Source: the human T2T-CHM13v2.0 reference genome, Homo sapiens
DNA length: 64,000 bases
Strand: one strand, 5' to 3'
NCBI RefSeq assembly: GCF_009914755.1
Contig: NC_060929.1
The notes beneath the pieces are model-generated. The model made no database searches. It had not been told where the DNA came from and worked only from the letters and a program-made list of their open reading frames with translations. A program made the position numbers and the translations under genes. Shown here one piece after another: positions 1-13,912 of this stretch. Position 1 is the first letter of the stretch; every line of letters starts with the position of its first letter.

Positions 1-1375
<1,375 letters not shown>

Positions 1376-1549
1376 CTTAAAAATAACTGGTCTGAACCAA
1401 GGCTGGAGGGTTGCAATAGAAGATCTTATAACACTTTCTGGTATGATCCTATGCAGATTACTCACTGATTATATGTGAGAACTCATACCTTTGAATCAAA
1501 GGGAACCTGTAGTCTTTCAGATGAGTTACAGTGGGTAGGAAGAGCCCAT

Positions 1550-2270
1550 GCACTCACACAACCGCAAAGCCACATACTCACATACCCATACACACCCACA
1601 TACTCACAAACACACACACATCCACATACATACACACACAACCATATACCTACCCACACACATCCATATACTCACATACCCACACACCCACACACTCACA
1701 TACACACACACCCCCACATACACACACACACAACCATATACATACCCACACACATCCACATACTCACATACACACACACCCACATACTCACATACACACA
1801 CACACCCACATACATACACATCAAACTCACATACTCACATACACACACACCCATATACTCACATACACACACATCCACATACATACACACACCCACATAC
1901 TCACATACACACTCACATACATACAAACCCACATACATACACACACATCCACTCACATCCACACACTCACATCCACACACACCCACATACATACACACAC
2001 ACATCCACATACTCACATACACACATACACACAGATCCACATACTCACATACACACACACCCCCACATACATACACACAGATCCACATACATACCACACC
2101 CACATACTCACATACACAGCCCCACACCCCCACATACATACACACACCCCCACATACTCATATACACACAGATCCACATACACACACACATACATACACA
2201 CACATCCACATACATACACACATACCCCCACAGTATTCTACATCCACACACTCACACATGGATACATCCA
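1550..2270. repeat. Complex CA-rich tandem array (units such as CACCCACATACTCACATACACA)
   Basis: Directly visible; explains the overlapping H/T/Y-rich and C/V-rich pseudo-ORFs at 1475-2326. Confidence 0.95.
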
Positions 2271-3149
2271 TGCTAAAGTTAATTAAGATCTCTAATTCAA
2301 TAGCCATGAATATAAAAGCTTATTAGAGTTGAAGCAGCTACACAGGCAGAAATAGAGCTCTTGTTCTCCCTTAGCTCACAGGGTCCCTGGCAAGGGCACA
2401 CTGTTGAAAGGGGGATTTGATTGGATCTGAAAAGCTCTACCTTTCAATATTGTCCTTTTATACACTGGCTTCAATCACCAGTTTGAAAATCTTACATTCC
2501 AATCTACGTGTGTCTGTTTCGAAAAAGCGAATGTTTACAAAGGTCCAGTCTCCCACATTCCTGAACCAAATTCAGTGTCAGCAAGGACCCACCTTCATCC
2601 TTGTGGAGAAAGCAGAGTCATCTTCCAGATGTTGCATTCCAAATGCTGCCTCCAATGTTTTCATCATAATGAAGAGCCCATTTCCCTGAAGGGCCTCAGG
2701 AATTATGCATTTAATACTCTCATTTAAACAGTGAGGGACAGTATCTTAGCCAAGTCACAAAGCAGGCATTGGCAGAGCAGGGCTTGGAACACAGGTTTGC
2801 AGCTATGAGTTTAGGACTACTGGTTTCCAAACTATTGAGGACTTCTCTAAACTCTGCTTTGAATAACTGGAAAGACTTAGTAATTAACCAATGAATGATT
2901 ATGGCTTATTTCTACTCCTCAACCTCACAATCCTACCCTCAGTGAGGAGACAAACAAAAGCAGATAACCTCTTCTTTCGAGATTCTTACCTCTGTCCTCT
3001 TCTTACTCTTTGTCCACTTCCTGGGCTCCTCTGTGAGCCCTTCTTCTTCTGTCCTTCCTTTGGTTCATTGCTTAGTTCACTCTCAATCAGTCATATTTTT
3101 GGAAATCACTCCAAAATATGATTGTTGACTCCCACATCTGTATTTCATT

Positions 3150-3970
3150 CCAAATCTCTCTGAGTTCAAATTTATGAACCTAAATCTCCTGATGGTCACC
3201 TCCACAGGTACTTTCAACTCAGCATCCCCGAAATCTTTTCCTCCCACTTTATCCTGTGATTCCTTCTGTGCCTTCTGTGGTTGCAGGAACCACCATCGAC
3301 TCAGTTGCCCAATCTAGAAATGCCAGTGTCTTGTTATCCCCCTCTCCTCCTATATCCTGCATCCCAATCTGTCATCATGTGCTGCTAATTTTACCTCCTC
3401 TACATCTTTGCTACCTACTGTCCTTAGCCCAAACCTTCATTTTATGCTTGGTTTACAATATCCAGGCCCTCTTCAAATCCATCCTCCTCACTGTTGGCAG
3501 GTGGATCAAAACAAAAGTCTGTCCATATCATGACCCATGGCTCAAGATCCTTTGAAGTCTAGCCTCCAGGAAGCTCTCCTTTCATTTGCAACCTCACGGT
3601 TTATGCTTTAGCAACAACTGCTTGTATTAGCACTCCCTCAGATCTCCCTCACATACTCCCACACACCTTCCTTTCTTCAAGATGTTCCCTCTTCCTAGAT
3701 TATCTTTTTCTCTTACCCCCTTTAACCCATTCAACCTCATTCATTCTTTAAGATTTAATTAGGGCATTTCCAGGGAGCTTTCCCTGCCCCCTAGTCTGGT
3801 TTAGCTTCCTGCCAATATACCTTCTTCATACTTGGTTCACAGCACTTTCTGTGCAAGGTCGTAATAATCAAATTGTATGCCTGCTTTCCTCTTAGCGCCT
3901 CCAGAACAAGAATTGAGGTTTATTCTTCTCCTTGTCTCAGGCACTGAATATATCCTGGTTTACAGCAGAT
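3150..3970 (+). mobile_element. Degraded L2 fragments
   Basis: L2-like phrases (ttcaactcagcat, caccatc..cagttgcccaatctagaaa, tcattctttaagatttaatt..tccagggagctttccctg). Confidence 0.55.
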
Positions 3971-4199
3971 ATACTGACTGACAAAACTGAGGATGCACAC
4001 CACCCATGAAGGAAAGGAGAAAAGGGAGAGAATATATCCATTAGGCCAGAAAAAGTGAAGACTAGGTGAATGGGAGGCTTTGTGGTAAGTTAACAAGAGG
4101 CAAGTTCTCCTGTGGATTAGGGAAGGGGCAGTAAAGAGGCCAGAAGTTTGAGAACTCAGTAGAAAATCTGCAATAATAATTCCAGTGTCTGTAATAGGA

Positions 4200-5082
4200 A
4201 CTGCTAGTAGAAGATTCTACATGGGTGTCTCGTGTTTCTGCACATCATCTGAGCAAAGATATAGGTTTTGTTCCAGAGTATCCTTTGAAGGATGTTGTAA
4301 AGGAAACAGCCTTAGAAGATAGTCTTTTTCCAGGGAAAAGGAAGGATTTACTTTATGTCCATAATAATAAAGGTGATGGCTTCCTCTGGGGCAAAAGTTG
4401 GACACGTTTGCTTACAATCTGTTTTAAAGGATTGGGGCTTCCTTATTTTGGGGGTCCTAAGCTGGGATAAAACCCACTGTATGCATAGCATACACTTGGG
4501 CTGCCTGCAACACCCCAGTGCAAATTATGGGACAAGAGGGACAGGTACAGATGCTCGTGTCCCATTATGCTGTGAGCAATAAAGTCCTTTGTCTGTGACT
4601 CAGGATTTTCATGTCTTCTGCCAGCATTTCATTCATAAAAGCATGGCAGACTAACTTGTTAGCTTGCAAGTAGGGTAAAATCTCAGATTGCTATGGCTTG
4701 AATCTCCCCTCAAAAACTCATGTTGAAATTTGTTTGCCAATGTAAAGATATTGGGAGGTAGGACCTTTAAGAGGTGATTAAGAGCCCTTGTAAATGGATT
4801 AATGTTGTTATCATGGGAGTGAGTTTGTTACTGCAGGGATGAAAAGGATGAGTTCAGCCCTATTTTCTCTCTCTGTCTTGGATGCTTGCTTGCCATGTGA
4901 TGCCTTCCACCATGGAATGACACTCACCAGATGCTGGTGCCATGATCTTGGACTTCCCAGTCGCCAGAACTATGGGCCAAATAAACTTCTGTTCTTTATA
5001 AGTGACCTAGTCTGTGATATTCTGTTATAGAGAATGGAGCAGCAGATGATGGACTAAAACAGACCCTGCCTAGTTCTTGACA
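4200..5082 (+). mobile_element. ERV-type LTR (family not confidently named) interrupted near its 3' end by an MST LTR
   Basis: caataaagtcctttgtc poly(A) signal and the end motif ctaacttgttagcttgcaagtagggtaaaatctcaga, which resumes after the MST as gaccctgcctagttcttgaca; 5' boundary approximate. Confidence 0.6.
4689..5061 (+). mobile_element. MaLR MST-type solo LTR
   Basis: Starts TGCTATGG and ends ggactaaaaCA; contains ctcatgttgaaattt, gatcttggacttcccag and aataaacttctgttctttataa. Confidence 0.88.
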
Positions 5083-6335
5083 GGAATAAGGAGGATAACA
5101 GAGAAAAAGTGATCAAGCAGTAGTGAGAACCACGTTAAGGTTGGACCATCTAAATATATGGGCAGGTCTGCATGGTTGTTGAGATTTTCTAGCAGCAGGG
5201 CTGTTGGGGAAGGAGTAAAGGAGAGGGAAAGAAGCTGAATAGTAAAATAAAATCTCAACATAGGAGATTCTTCTGACATTCCAGTTTTGCTATAAGAGTA
5301 ATTCTGGAATAACCTGAGAGATAGTCATTGATGAAGAGAAAAAATGCTAGGGCTTTAAGTCTACTCTCAAAATCTTTCTTGCTTTCTTCCTATTCCTATT
5401 TAAAGTTCCTCGTGCAGACAAAGCAAGTGTACAATTAATTGAGTTGATGATTACCTACAGCTTGATACTTCGCCCCTGTGTAGAACTTTCATCTGCAATA
5501 TGTGACATTTAACACAAATTCAGTGACAGTGTCTTTTCTATTAAATGTCACAGCTCTTCCAGAAAGCTGTAATTGAGCACATTTTTTTCAACCTTTTCAG
5601 CTTCTTAATCTCCAAGTCTCAGAAGGGGTTAAGTCCAAGAAACACTCATTTAATTTATTGTATGCTCTTGATCACAGAAGCCTTGAGAATAGTAATTAGT
5701 TATGGATTAAATTGAGGCAGCCCTAAGCACACAAAAAATGCAACAGGACTTCAGAGAGACTATGATGGCTCACAATAAATGCGAGGGAACTTGTGCTAAA
5801 CATTTTCCGTAAAGCATCCTGGAAACTATTTGAGCATGTCAAAACAAACCCCCATTCACACTATTTTTTCCTCATTTCCTCTGCAAACAAAAATAGATTC
5901 CTCTTTTTGTTTATTTTTTTTCACTTCAGCTTCTCAAGCTAATCCAATTCACTTTCCACTTCCCCTTTTCTATACATTTTGTATGTGAATTAACAGGACA
6001 GGAAGCTGACCTAGAAGAAATCATAGAAAGCTCATAAAATAGCTCCACATGGGAAATAATTTTGCAAGAACGTGGCTTTTGTTAAAAATTGTTCTCGCTC
6101 TTTGTAAGCTCTCTCTATAATGAGAAAATCTTGTATTGATTTCTCTTGGAATTTCTGATAGCAGTTTTTGACTCAGTGCACAATCTGACCATGCTCTGGT
6201 AGTCAGGCTTACGCTACTGAAAGAAAGAGGATGAGCAGAGAAGAGACAAGCTGTAAAAGGTTTAATCTGAAACTTCTCATGTGTCTAAGGGACAACTCAT
6301 CTGATTACCAGAGGAAAGGATACTTTTTTTTTTAA

Positions 6336-6531
6336 GGTTCAAGACCAGCTTGGGCAACGTAGTGAGACCCCATCTTTAAAAAAAAAATAGCTAGGCATCG
6401 TTGCAAGTGCCTGTATTCCTAGCTACTTGGAAGGCTGAGGTGGGAGGATGGCTTGACCCCAGTAATTCAAAGATACAGTGAACTATGTGCCACTGCACTC
6501 CAGCCTGCTTGACAGAGTGAGACTCTGTCTA

Positions 6532-6535
<4 letters not shown>
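6336..6535 (+). mobile_element. 5'-truncated AluJ-like element
   Basis: ttcaagaccagcttgggcaac...gaggctgaggtgggaggatggcttga...cactgcactccagcctg. Confidence 0.85.

Positions 6536-6585
<50 letters not shown>
6536..6585. repeat. (CA)n(GA)n compound microsatellite in the Alu tail position
   Basis: Directly visible. Confidence 0.95.
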
Positions 6586-6586
<1 letters not shown>

Positions 6587-7117
6587 ATAAGTCTAAAAAT
6601 TCTTTGCCAGTATTTTTGACATTTACCCTGAAAGAACAATACAGACCCACACATCAGCTGGGGGGAGGGGTAAACCACCAGCCTGAATTTTTAAAATCAG
6701 CAGGCTTTTAATTCTAGAGTTTCCAAAAAAGAGTAGACTCAACACTAAACCACTCTCAGTACACCAAGAAGAATTTCTTTGTGAAAGTGGTTGTCTCCTT
6801 CCTGCTGCTGTCAGCCCTACTGCTGTACCTTCAAGCCCCACCAATGCCATTAGGCTCCTCCACTGGATGGCATAGTCACCTAGGATGGGATTCATTTGGC
6901 TTCATCCGACTCACTCTCATTCCAGTTTTGTCTCTATCTTGTTCTTAAAAGAAGTCTCCAACATCATATGACCCTGATTTTGTCCTTTAGGTCTTTTATT
7001 TTCCTCCAAGGACTTTGAAGTCCTTGTGAAATAAGCATAGTATTAATAAGCTTACAGGGTTTTTGTGGGAGCTAAATGATGATGATGATAAAAATAATAA
7101 GACTGATATTAACAAGT

Positions 7118-7300
7118 AACATTTATTGAGCAGTTTCTACAAGCCAGATACTATGCTAAGTATTACATGAATGAAGACATTTGATTCTCATGACAATGCT
7201 ATGAAATACATATAATTATCACTATTTTACAAAATGAGGAAATGGAGACACAGACAAGTTAAACAACCTACCAAAATCATATGGCTAGCAAGCAGTGGAA
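7118..7300 (-). mobile_element. MIR
   Basis: aacatttattgagc...attttacaaaatgaggaaatggagacacaga core. Confidence 0.8.
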
Positions 7301-8164
7301 CTAATGATAAATCTGGTACTCTCTGTGATGTCAAGCTGCTCACAAGAATTGGAGGAAAGAGTCTAATCCCATCCCTAACCCCCGACCCAAGAGGGGAGCA
7401 GGGGGCCCACCAAACAAATTGGTCTAAAACAGAAAGGGCTTAGAGGTCAAGTTTGTGTCCAAGTCCTAGGAGAAAATTAAAAGGATAGAATTTGGGCCAT
7501 AAAATGAAAATCAGAGCTCAATTCAGGGATAGACAGGGACATGACAGGAGTGAGAGCAAGCTGGCTCCCATCTGAACTCACTGTCTGTTTTCTTGGCCCA
7601 TGGTTTCTTAATATGTTTGACACGTCTTTTCAGAACATGGTTTTGTATACGTCAGTTACCTCAGTTTCCACTGCTTTGAAATATGACTATCTCGCCTATG
7701 AGAAAGCCTCCAAATTGTTCCAAAGTGAGTTTTACACCCAATACTCCAATTTATTCTCAAAATGTGATGAAACCCCATAGTGGTCTTTAGATGGTGGTAA
7801 CTGACAAACATGCATTTTATGTATATAGCCTAACCTCAAGGTCTGTTGAAACCACCGCAGAAAAATAAAGCCCCAAATGGTGTTACCCATGAGATTTATT
7901 TAGAATAAGAACGACAAGAGTGATAGAAAGTCACTGATAAAAGGAATCTACCTCAGAGACCCAATCTCGGGATTCCCCACCTCACACACTTTCCACAGAG
8001 CCTGAGTGATCTCTCTAACTCCATTTGTTGGTTTGGAATAATCTAGAGTATCCCACAGGATTAGATCCAAAGTCCTTATGTGGCCACAAGGCCCACAGCA
8101 ACTTGGCTGCCATTGGCCCTGGTTCACTGACAGACTGCTGGCCTCATTTGCACACTTTCTCCTA

Positions 8165-8900
8165 TTTAGTATTTGAACAAATATTTATTGAGGGTCTATT
8201 ATATACCAGTGAGCAACACCAAACTCAACCTCTGCTCTTAAGTCTTACATACTAATTGAGGAAACTGTATCGATTAAATAGATCTAAGATTACAACTGTG
8301 AAACATGCTGTGGAGAAGAAATGTAGTTTTATGGGAGTCAATAACAGAATCTTACTAGGAAAGGGGGTCAGGAAAGGCTTCCCCAAGGAAGTGACACTGG
8401 AGCTGTGATCTGAGAGATTAGGCTGTTAACTAAGTGAAGACAAGAAGACAGTCCAGGCAACAACAAGACCAGAGGCAGGCCTTGAAAAAGCCTGATGAAT
8501 AAGACTATTGCTACCTCTCAAGAGCAAAGGCAGGAATAGCGAGAGATGAGAAAGGGAATCAGAAAACCACTGGACTAAACGAAGCCAGGTGTAGGGGTTG
8601 GAGAAAGGGTGGCAGGAGGGTGGATATGATCAGAGTACCATTTTCAGATTATCTTGACTACACTGAGGAAACAAGATGAAAAGAAATCCAACTGGTTTTG
8701 AGTAGACCAGAAAGTATATACCAGTATAGTCCAGAAAAGAGATAACTGTAGCTTGAATTGAAGTGATATAAATGGAGATGGTCAGATAAATGGTCAGTAC
8801 CTGATAACAGACTTGACATGGGAGGGAGAGAAGGAGGTATCATCAGTGCATCGAGATTTCTGGCCTCTGCAACTGAAAGGATGATAATGTCATGTGCAGA
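8165..8900 (-). mobile_element. L2 3' fragment
   Basis: aacaaatatttattgag; ggaaaggcttccccaaggaagtgaca; gatttctggcctctgcaactg. Confidence 0.7.
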
Positions 8901-9136
8901 CATGAGCAACATGGGACAAACCGAAGTGCGAGTGGAAGTGGGCAGGTTTTGATTGGCTGCTTTCTCTCCTGTCTCCAGCACAATCACTTTGTTCCATTTG
9001 TATCACAGCAAGACTTCTCAACCTCCCATTGTGTGGTCCAACATCAGTGATATGTCCACTGCCTCTCATATGCATATTGTTGGTTTAAGAATAAAGCCAT
9101 TGCCCATGCAGGTCCCTCCACCTGGAATTTCCTTCC

Positions 9137-9437
9137 TGTATTAGTCCATTTTCACATTGCTATAAAGAACTGCCCAAGACTGGGTAATTTATAAGGGAAA
9201 GAGGTTTAATTGGCTCACAGTTCAGCATGGCTTGGGAGGCCTCAGGAAACTTACAATCATGGTGGAAGGTGAAGGGGAAGCAAGGCACCTTCTTCACAAG
9301 GTGGAAGGAAGGAGAAGTGCCAAGCAGAGGGGGAAGAGCCCCTTATTAAACCATCAGATCTCATGAGAACTCTCTCACTGTCACAAGAACAGCATGGGGG
9401 AAACCACCTCCATGTTTCAATTAGCCTAACCGTATCA
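9137..9437 (-). mobile_element. THE1-type MaLR solo LTR with an internal deletion and perfect 5-bp TSD
   Basis: TGtattagtcc...aaccgtatCA; TSD CTTCC at 9132-9136 and 9438-9442. Confidence 0.93.
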
Positions 9438-11319
9438 CTTCCTCACTAGTTAATTCCTTTTTATTTTCTAAAATCCCAGCTTAGACATCCAAGTACCCTT
9501 TCCTATCCCAGTACTTCTATACTCATGCCAATCTCAACTTGAAATGTGCTATTTTTGTGCTTTTGTGCAGTAGACTCAAAGTTCCTCAGAATCAGGAAAT
9601 GGGACTTGTGTTCACATTTTCATCCCTGGTGCTACCACAAGGTGTGACATATGCCTGATGTTCCACAACTCTCTTCTCATTACAAATTAAGAAAAATGGA
9701 CATGGAGCAATGATGTAACTTCCTTAGAGTTGCTGAACTCAGGTCAACTTGCTCAAAGGAGTCACAGCACTGAACCTCACACTCTGCTTCCTGTGCCTGC
9801 CATCTTGACATTAGTTAAGGGCTGGAATCATTGCTGTCTGTTGTTGAGCTGCTTATTAGTCACAGATGTGAAGAATGGCTTGAGCCATTTCCTGGGAATT
9901 AGGAAAATGAGAATTGTGGACTGCAATTCTGCTGTTAACTTGTGAACTCTGTGCCAATTAGAGACTCCGTAAAAGCTTGAACGAGGATAATATTTGGCAA
10001 GTGGGAGGTAGAGAGCCATGGCTTCCTGAAGCAAGTCATGTGTGTCTCTTTACATTTGCAAAACCAGGTTGGTAGAGAAGAGGAGAAACAATGTGATTAT
10101 GATGGAGTCAGGGGGCAGAGGCCAATCAAGCTCCTTCAAACAACTTCACTGGCATCAACATGCCATGGAGATGCCCTGGTGACATTATTTCTCGGGAATG
10201 AAGAGACATGGAGTTTAAAGGGGCCTGATCCGTGGAAGCCACATTATGAAATCCTACCAGTGGTGCTGCTGGGACTACAGAGGGTCAAGATTTTTCCTTC
10301 TGTTTTATATGAAAGCAGTTCAAACCCAGGATTTTTCCTTCTTATTCCCAGAAGTAGCTTTCTTCTTCTTTTTTTTTTGGTCTGAAAATGCTAAATGTTT
10401 CTTCACATTTCTATCTAGGAATGCCTATGTGCTCAACCAGTATGAAAAAGTAAAATTTTTTTCTCCAAGGTATCAAAGCATGCTTTTCAAAAGTCAAAAA
10501 CACAATTTTCATACAAATATACAATGAGCACATGTTCAAGATGTATTTAACTCATTAGTGAGGAGACAGGCAAGATAATTTGGCTCCTTAATGAGGGGAT
10601 AGGCAAGATGGCAAAGCTAGTTCAAAGGCAGATGCAAAAAACTGATGCAGCTATAGCCAGTGTGGGAGAACTGCTGAATGAGATTGCTAAGTTAGATACA
10701 AAATTAGGTACCAATTTTTATTGGTCTGGTTCCGCCAACCAATAAAACCATCTTCAGAATTATCTTCTCTGCTGGACATAAATCATTTTCACCTCTACTA
10801 GGCAAAAACCATTTGTACCCTATCATTTTCTACATGTCAACATCTAACTTTACCACATCTGTGCCCCAATCAATGGTAAACAAGCAGTTACATTTTCATA
10901 GAGTAAGATAGGTATCTTTAAATGTCAAAAGGATATATAGGTTTCATGTTGCCTGTTTTCCAAGTTTTGAATATATTTTCTTAATAAAAAGACCACATGA
11001 AGGGAAATGACATACCCATTGGTATTCCAAGACACCCAAAGTAGGTTTTAGGTGACAAAGGGAGACCGGGTTACAGGGGAAAGAAGAAAAAATGGATCCC
11101 CACTCCACAGATTGTTTTAAAAATAATCTAACACACACGATCGTGGAGATTTTTCCTGTCAAGAAAACAATAAGCCCTCCCTTGGCATTTTGACTGCAGG
11201 TCTCTTGCTGATGGGAAGCTGAATGATGCCGTTCTTTACATATCCTAGCTGCTGGTTAAGCTCTATAGATTTCAAGGGCATTTCATCAGTTGGCTGGTCC
11301 TACCATTCATTACATTTCA

Positions 11320-12480
11320 CTTCATTCATTCATTTGTGTCCCAGGCACTGTTTTAGGTGTTGGGGATCTAACAGAATAAAGACACATGGCTTCCGCCCTC
11401 ATGGAAGCCATTATCACATTCTGGTAGAGGCTGTGATAAGCAAAAAAAGAGTAAACAAATACACAGAATCATGATGAATTGTGAGACTGCCATCATTCTG
11501 TGATGAAAAGCAATAAGAGGGGTCTACTTTGAATAAACTGGTCACTGAGACCTCTCTGAAGAGGCAGCATTTACACGGGGCATAAGGCATGAGAAGGCGC
11601 CAGTCATGTGCAGAACCAGGAGAGAGATGTTTCAGGCACTGAGAACCACAAGTGCATAGACAGTGAGTATGAGAGTAGGAAACAAGGAAGAGAGTAACAT
11701 AACCAAAGACCAGAAAGGTAGATGGAGGAAAGATCATGAAAGTCACCACAGGTCACAGCAAGAAATTTTGAATTTGTTCTAAAAAAAACCCAGAAAGACA
11801 TTAAAGGGTTTTGTGCAGTGCAGCACTTCAGTTTGTATTTAAAATGATCAATTATGGCTGCATTTAAAATGATCATCCATGGAGAATGAATTCTTATGGC
11901 AAGGCTGAAAATAGGAAACAACCATTTGGGAGTTCACTGCAGTAGCCTATGCAAGATATGATAAGGCCAAACCAATGTGATGACTGCAGAGATGACATGT
12001 ATTTTGGAAGTAAGACCACAGTGCTCCTTGCTATTGGATGTGGAAGATATGAAAAAGGGAATCAAGAATATCTCCTGGGCTTATGTAACCAATGCGTAAT
12101 AGTACTGTTGGGTAAGGTGGTGATTTGGGGAATGGAGGTGGCAGAACTGAGATTATTTAGGAAGGGAGTAATCAAGGTTCCATTCTGGATTTATTAAGTT
12201 TTCAAGATTGAATGGACTTTGACACCTCCAGGTGGAGATTTCAAGTACTTGGATATGAGCCTGAAGCCCAAGGAAGAGGTCTAGGCTGGACGTATCAATT
12301 GAGGGTCTCAGGACATAGATAACATATAAGTCTCTTACATTTATATAAGACTTACATTTAAGTCTTATATATTAAGACTTACATATTAAGTCTTATGTTT
12401 ACTTTACATCATCTCTGAGAATAGATGAAATCCCCAAAGGTAAACGTGCAGATAGACAAGAGGTCCCAAATCTGAGAGGC
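11320..12480 (-). mobile_element. L2 (L2a-like) 3' fragment
   Basis: ttcattcattcatttg tail, ccaggcactgttttaggtg, gcttccgccctcatggaag, gacacctccaggtggagat. Confidence 0.8.
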
Positions 12481-12874
12481 TTGTGTTAAATATGCAAGAA
12501 GTAAATTAGTAGTATCAAAGGTTCGACATTTCCATGTCTTTCTTACCTTTTACTGAAACCATCCAACCATGTCATGATTTAGTCTATTTCTTTTGCAGAA
12601 CATCTTTAGTGACTGCGGTGAGTCTCATGTGTATGTTATTAGATACAATGACTGTCAAGAGATTTCAACTATGTATATTTTGGAAATGTTATCCACATCC
12701 CGCTCAGTATCACTGAACTCCCAAGGGAATAACACAGAAATAATATTTTCCTTCTCGATGGGCTTCCAAACACTTTCTGGTACCCTCTTTCTTGTCTACC
12801 AAGAACTCCCCTGAAAAAAAGAAGGTAGGAAGTGCGAGGACATATAGCAGAAGAGTGAAGGGAAAAAATGTTAC

Positions 12875-12958
12875 CTCTTCTTCTTCGAGTAGAATGAGCC
12901 GAACCACAACAATGTGAATTGCATTGCCAATGCTTGGGTTATGGAACAACCCAGTGAC
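12875..12958 (-). CDS. ADAMTS12: ADAMTS12 internal coding exon (probably exon 5), metalloprotease domain
   Basis: Translation [28 protein letters not shown]. Acceptor ttctatttctgaccctAG|GTC at 12960-12959, donor GAG|GTAACA at 12874. 84 nt, phase 0/0, in frame with the upstream exon (IMNM|VTGLF). Confidence 0.96.
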
Positions 12959-13715
12959 CTAGGGTCAGAAATAGAAAACCATTAGCTCCACACGAAGAGA
13001 TAATAAATAAATACCAGAGAAGAAAATAGCATTGTAATGCACATAAAATAAAGGTTTTCTTATAGGTCAGAAATGTTTGGCGGTGTGCTAAGAAGAGTGA
13101 AATATGCCCACAGCTCATTCCACATTACAATATTTAAACAAAATCTTTCAGGGTGATAGCTTGGCTGTGTGTTTGAAGGATTAACATTTTTCTTTTCTTA
13201 ACCCAGCCCACAGTATTCTCCTCTTCTATTATCAGTTACTCAGGCAAATACCTTTTCCCACCTCAATAGGACTAACATCTTCTTGAAGGCAGAAAACATC
13301 AATAATGCAAAGAGAAAGCTTGAAATTAAGAGTCATTAACTTTATTCCAATTCTATTTCTAACTACTTTGAGGAAATTATGTTCTAGTTCTTTGCCTCAG
13401 TTTACTCCTTCGGTTTACTAACATAAACTGATGAGACAAAGCCACACGAAAAGGATTGAGTCACTTGGAAAATACCTACCAGAAGTATGTAACTAATAAA
13501 TTATAAAATGTTCCCAGGATACACATCTTTAAGGGAAAGACTAATTCATCCTGAATTTCCATCCATATTCATCCTTAGGCAGGTACTAGATTCACATATA
13601 TATTTATAAAAATAAGTTAAAAGGACCCCAAAAAGGCCTTTCTTATTTATTTATGTAAGCATTTCTAATGACATCTGTTCACTAGCTGCCCCAGCCCCCA
13701 TGTAGTCTGGCATAC
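12959..13715 (-). other. ADAMTS12: 757-nt GT-AG intron between the two ADAMTS12 exons
   Basis: Begins GTATGC and ends CCCTAG on the minus strand. Splicing gives a continuous ORF. Confidence 0.95.
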
Positions 13716-13912
13716 CATGTTCATGATGGTGAGGATGTAGGACTCCACATTCTCACTCCCATGGTATTCAATCATCTTTGTGTCGGCCACCACCAGTGTC
13801 TCCACCCATCTCTCCTTGCTGATGGAACGCCGAGAGAGGCTTCTGCTTGGCAAGTTGTGCCTCTCCCACTTCTCCCGCCATAGCTCTTGCTTCTGGGAGA
13901 TGTTAACACTGT
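13716..13912 (-). CDS. ADAMTS12: ADAMTS12 internal coding exon (probably exon 4): end of prodomain, proprotein-convertase site and start of the M12B metalloprotease domain
   Basis: Minus-strand translation (D)[65 protein letters not shown]. Acceptor tgtttAG|AC at 13914-13913, donor ATG|GTATGC at 13715. 197 nt, phase 1 in and phase 0 out. R-x-VETLVVAD is the ADAMTS catalytic-domain start and the peptide matches recalled human ADAMTS12. The exon number is from memory. Confidence 0.96.

Noticed and set aside
1475-2326. Long His/Thr-rich ORFs (283, 251 and 242 aa) and Cys/Val-rich antisense ORFs
   Set aside because: Open in several frames only because the CA-rich repeat lacks stop codons; no coding signature.
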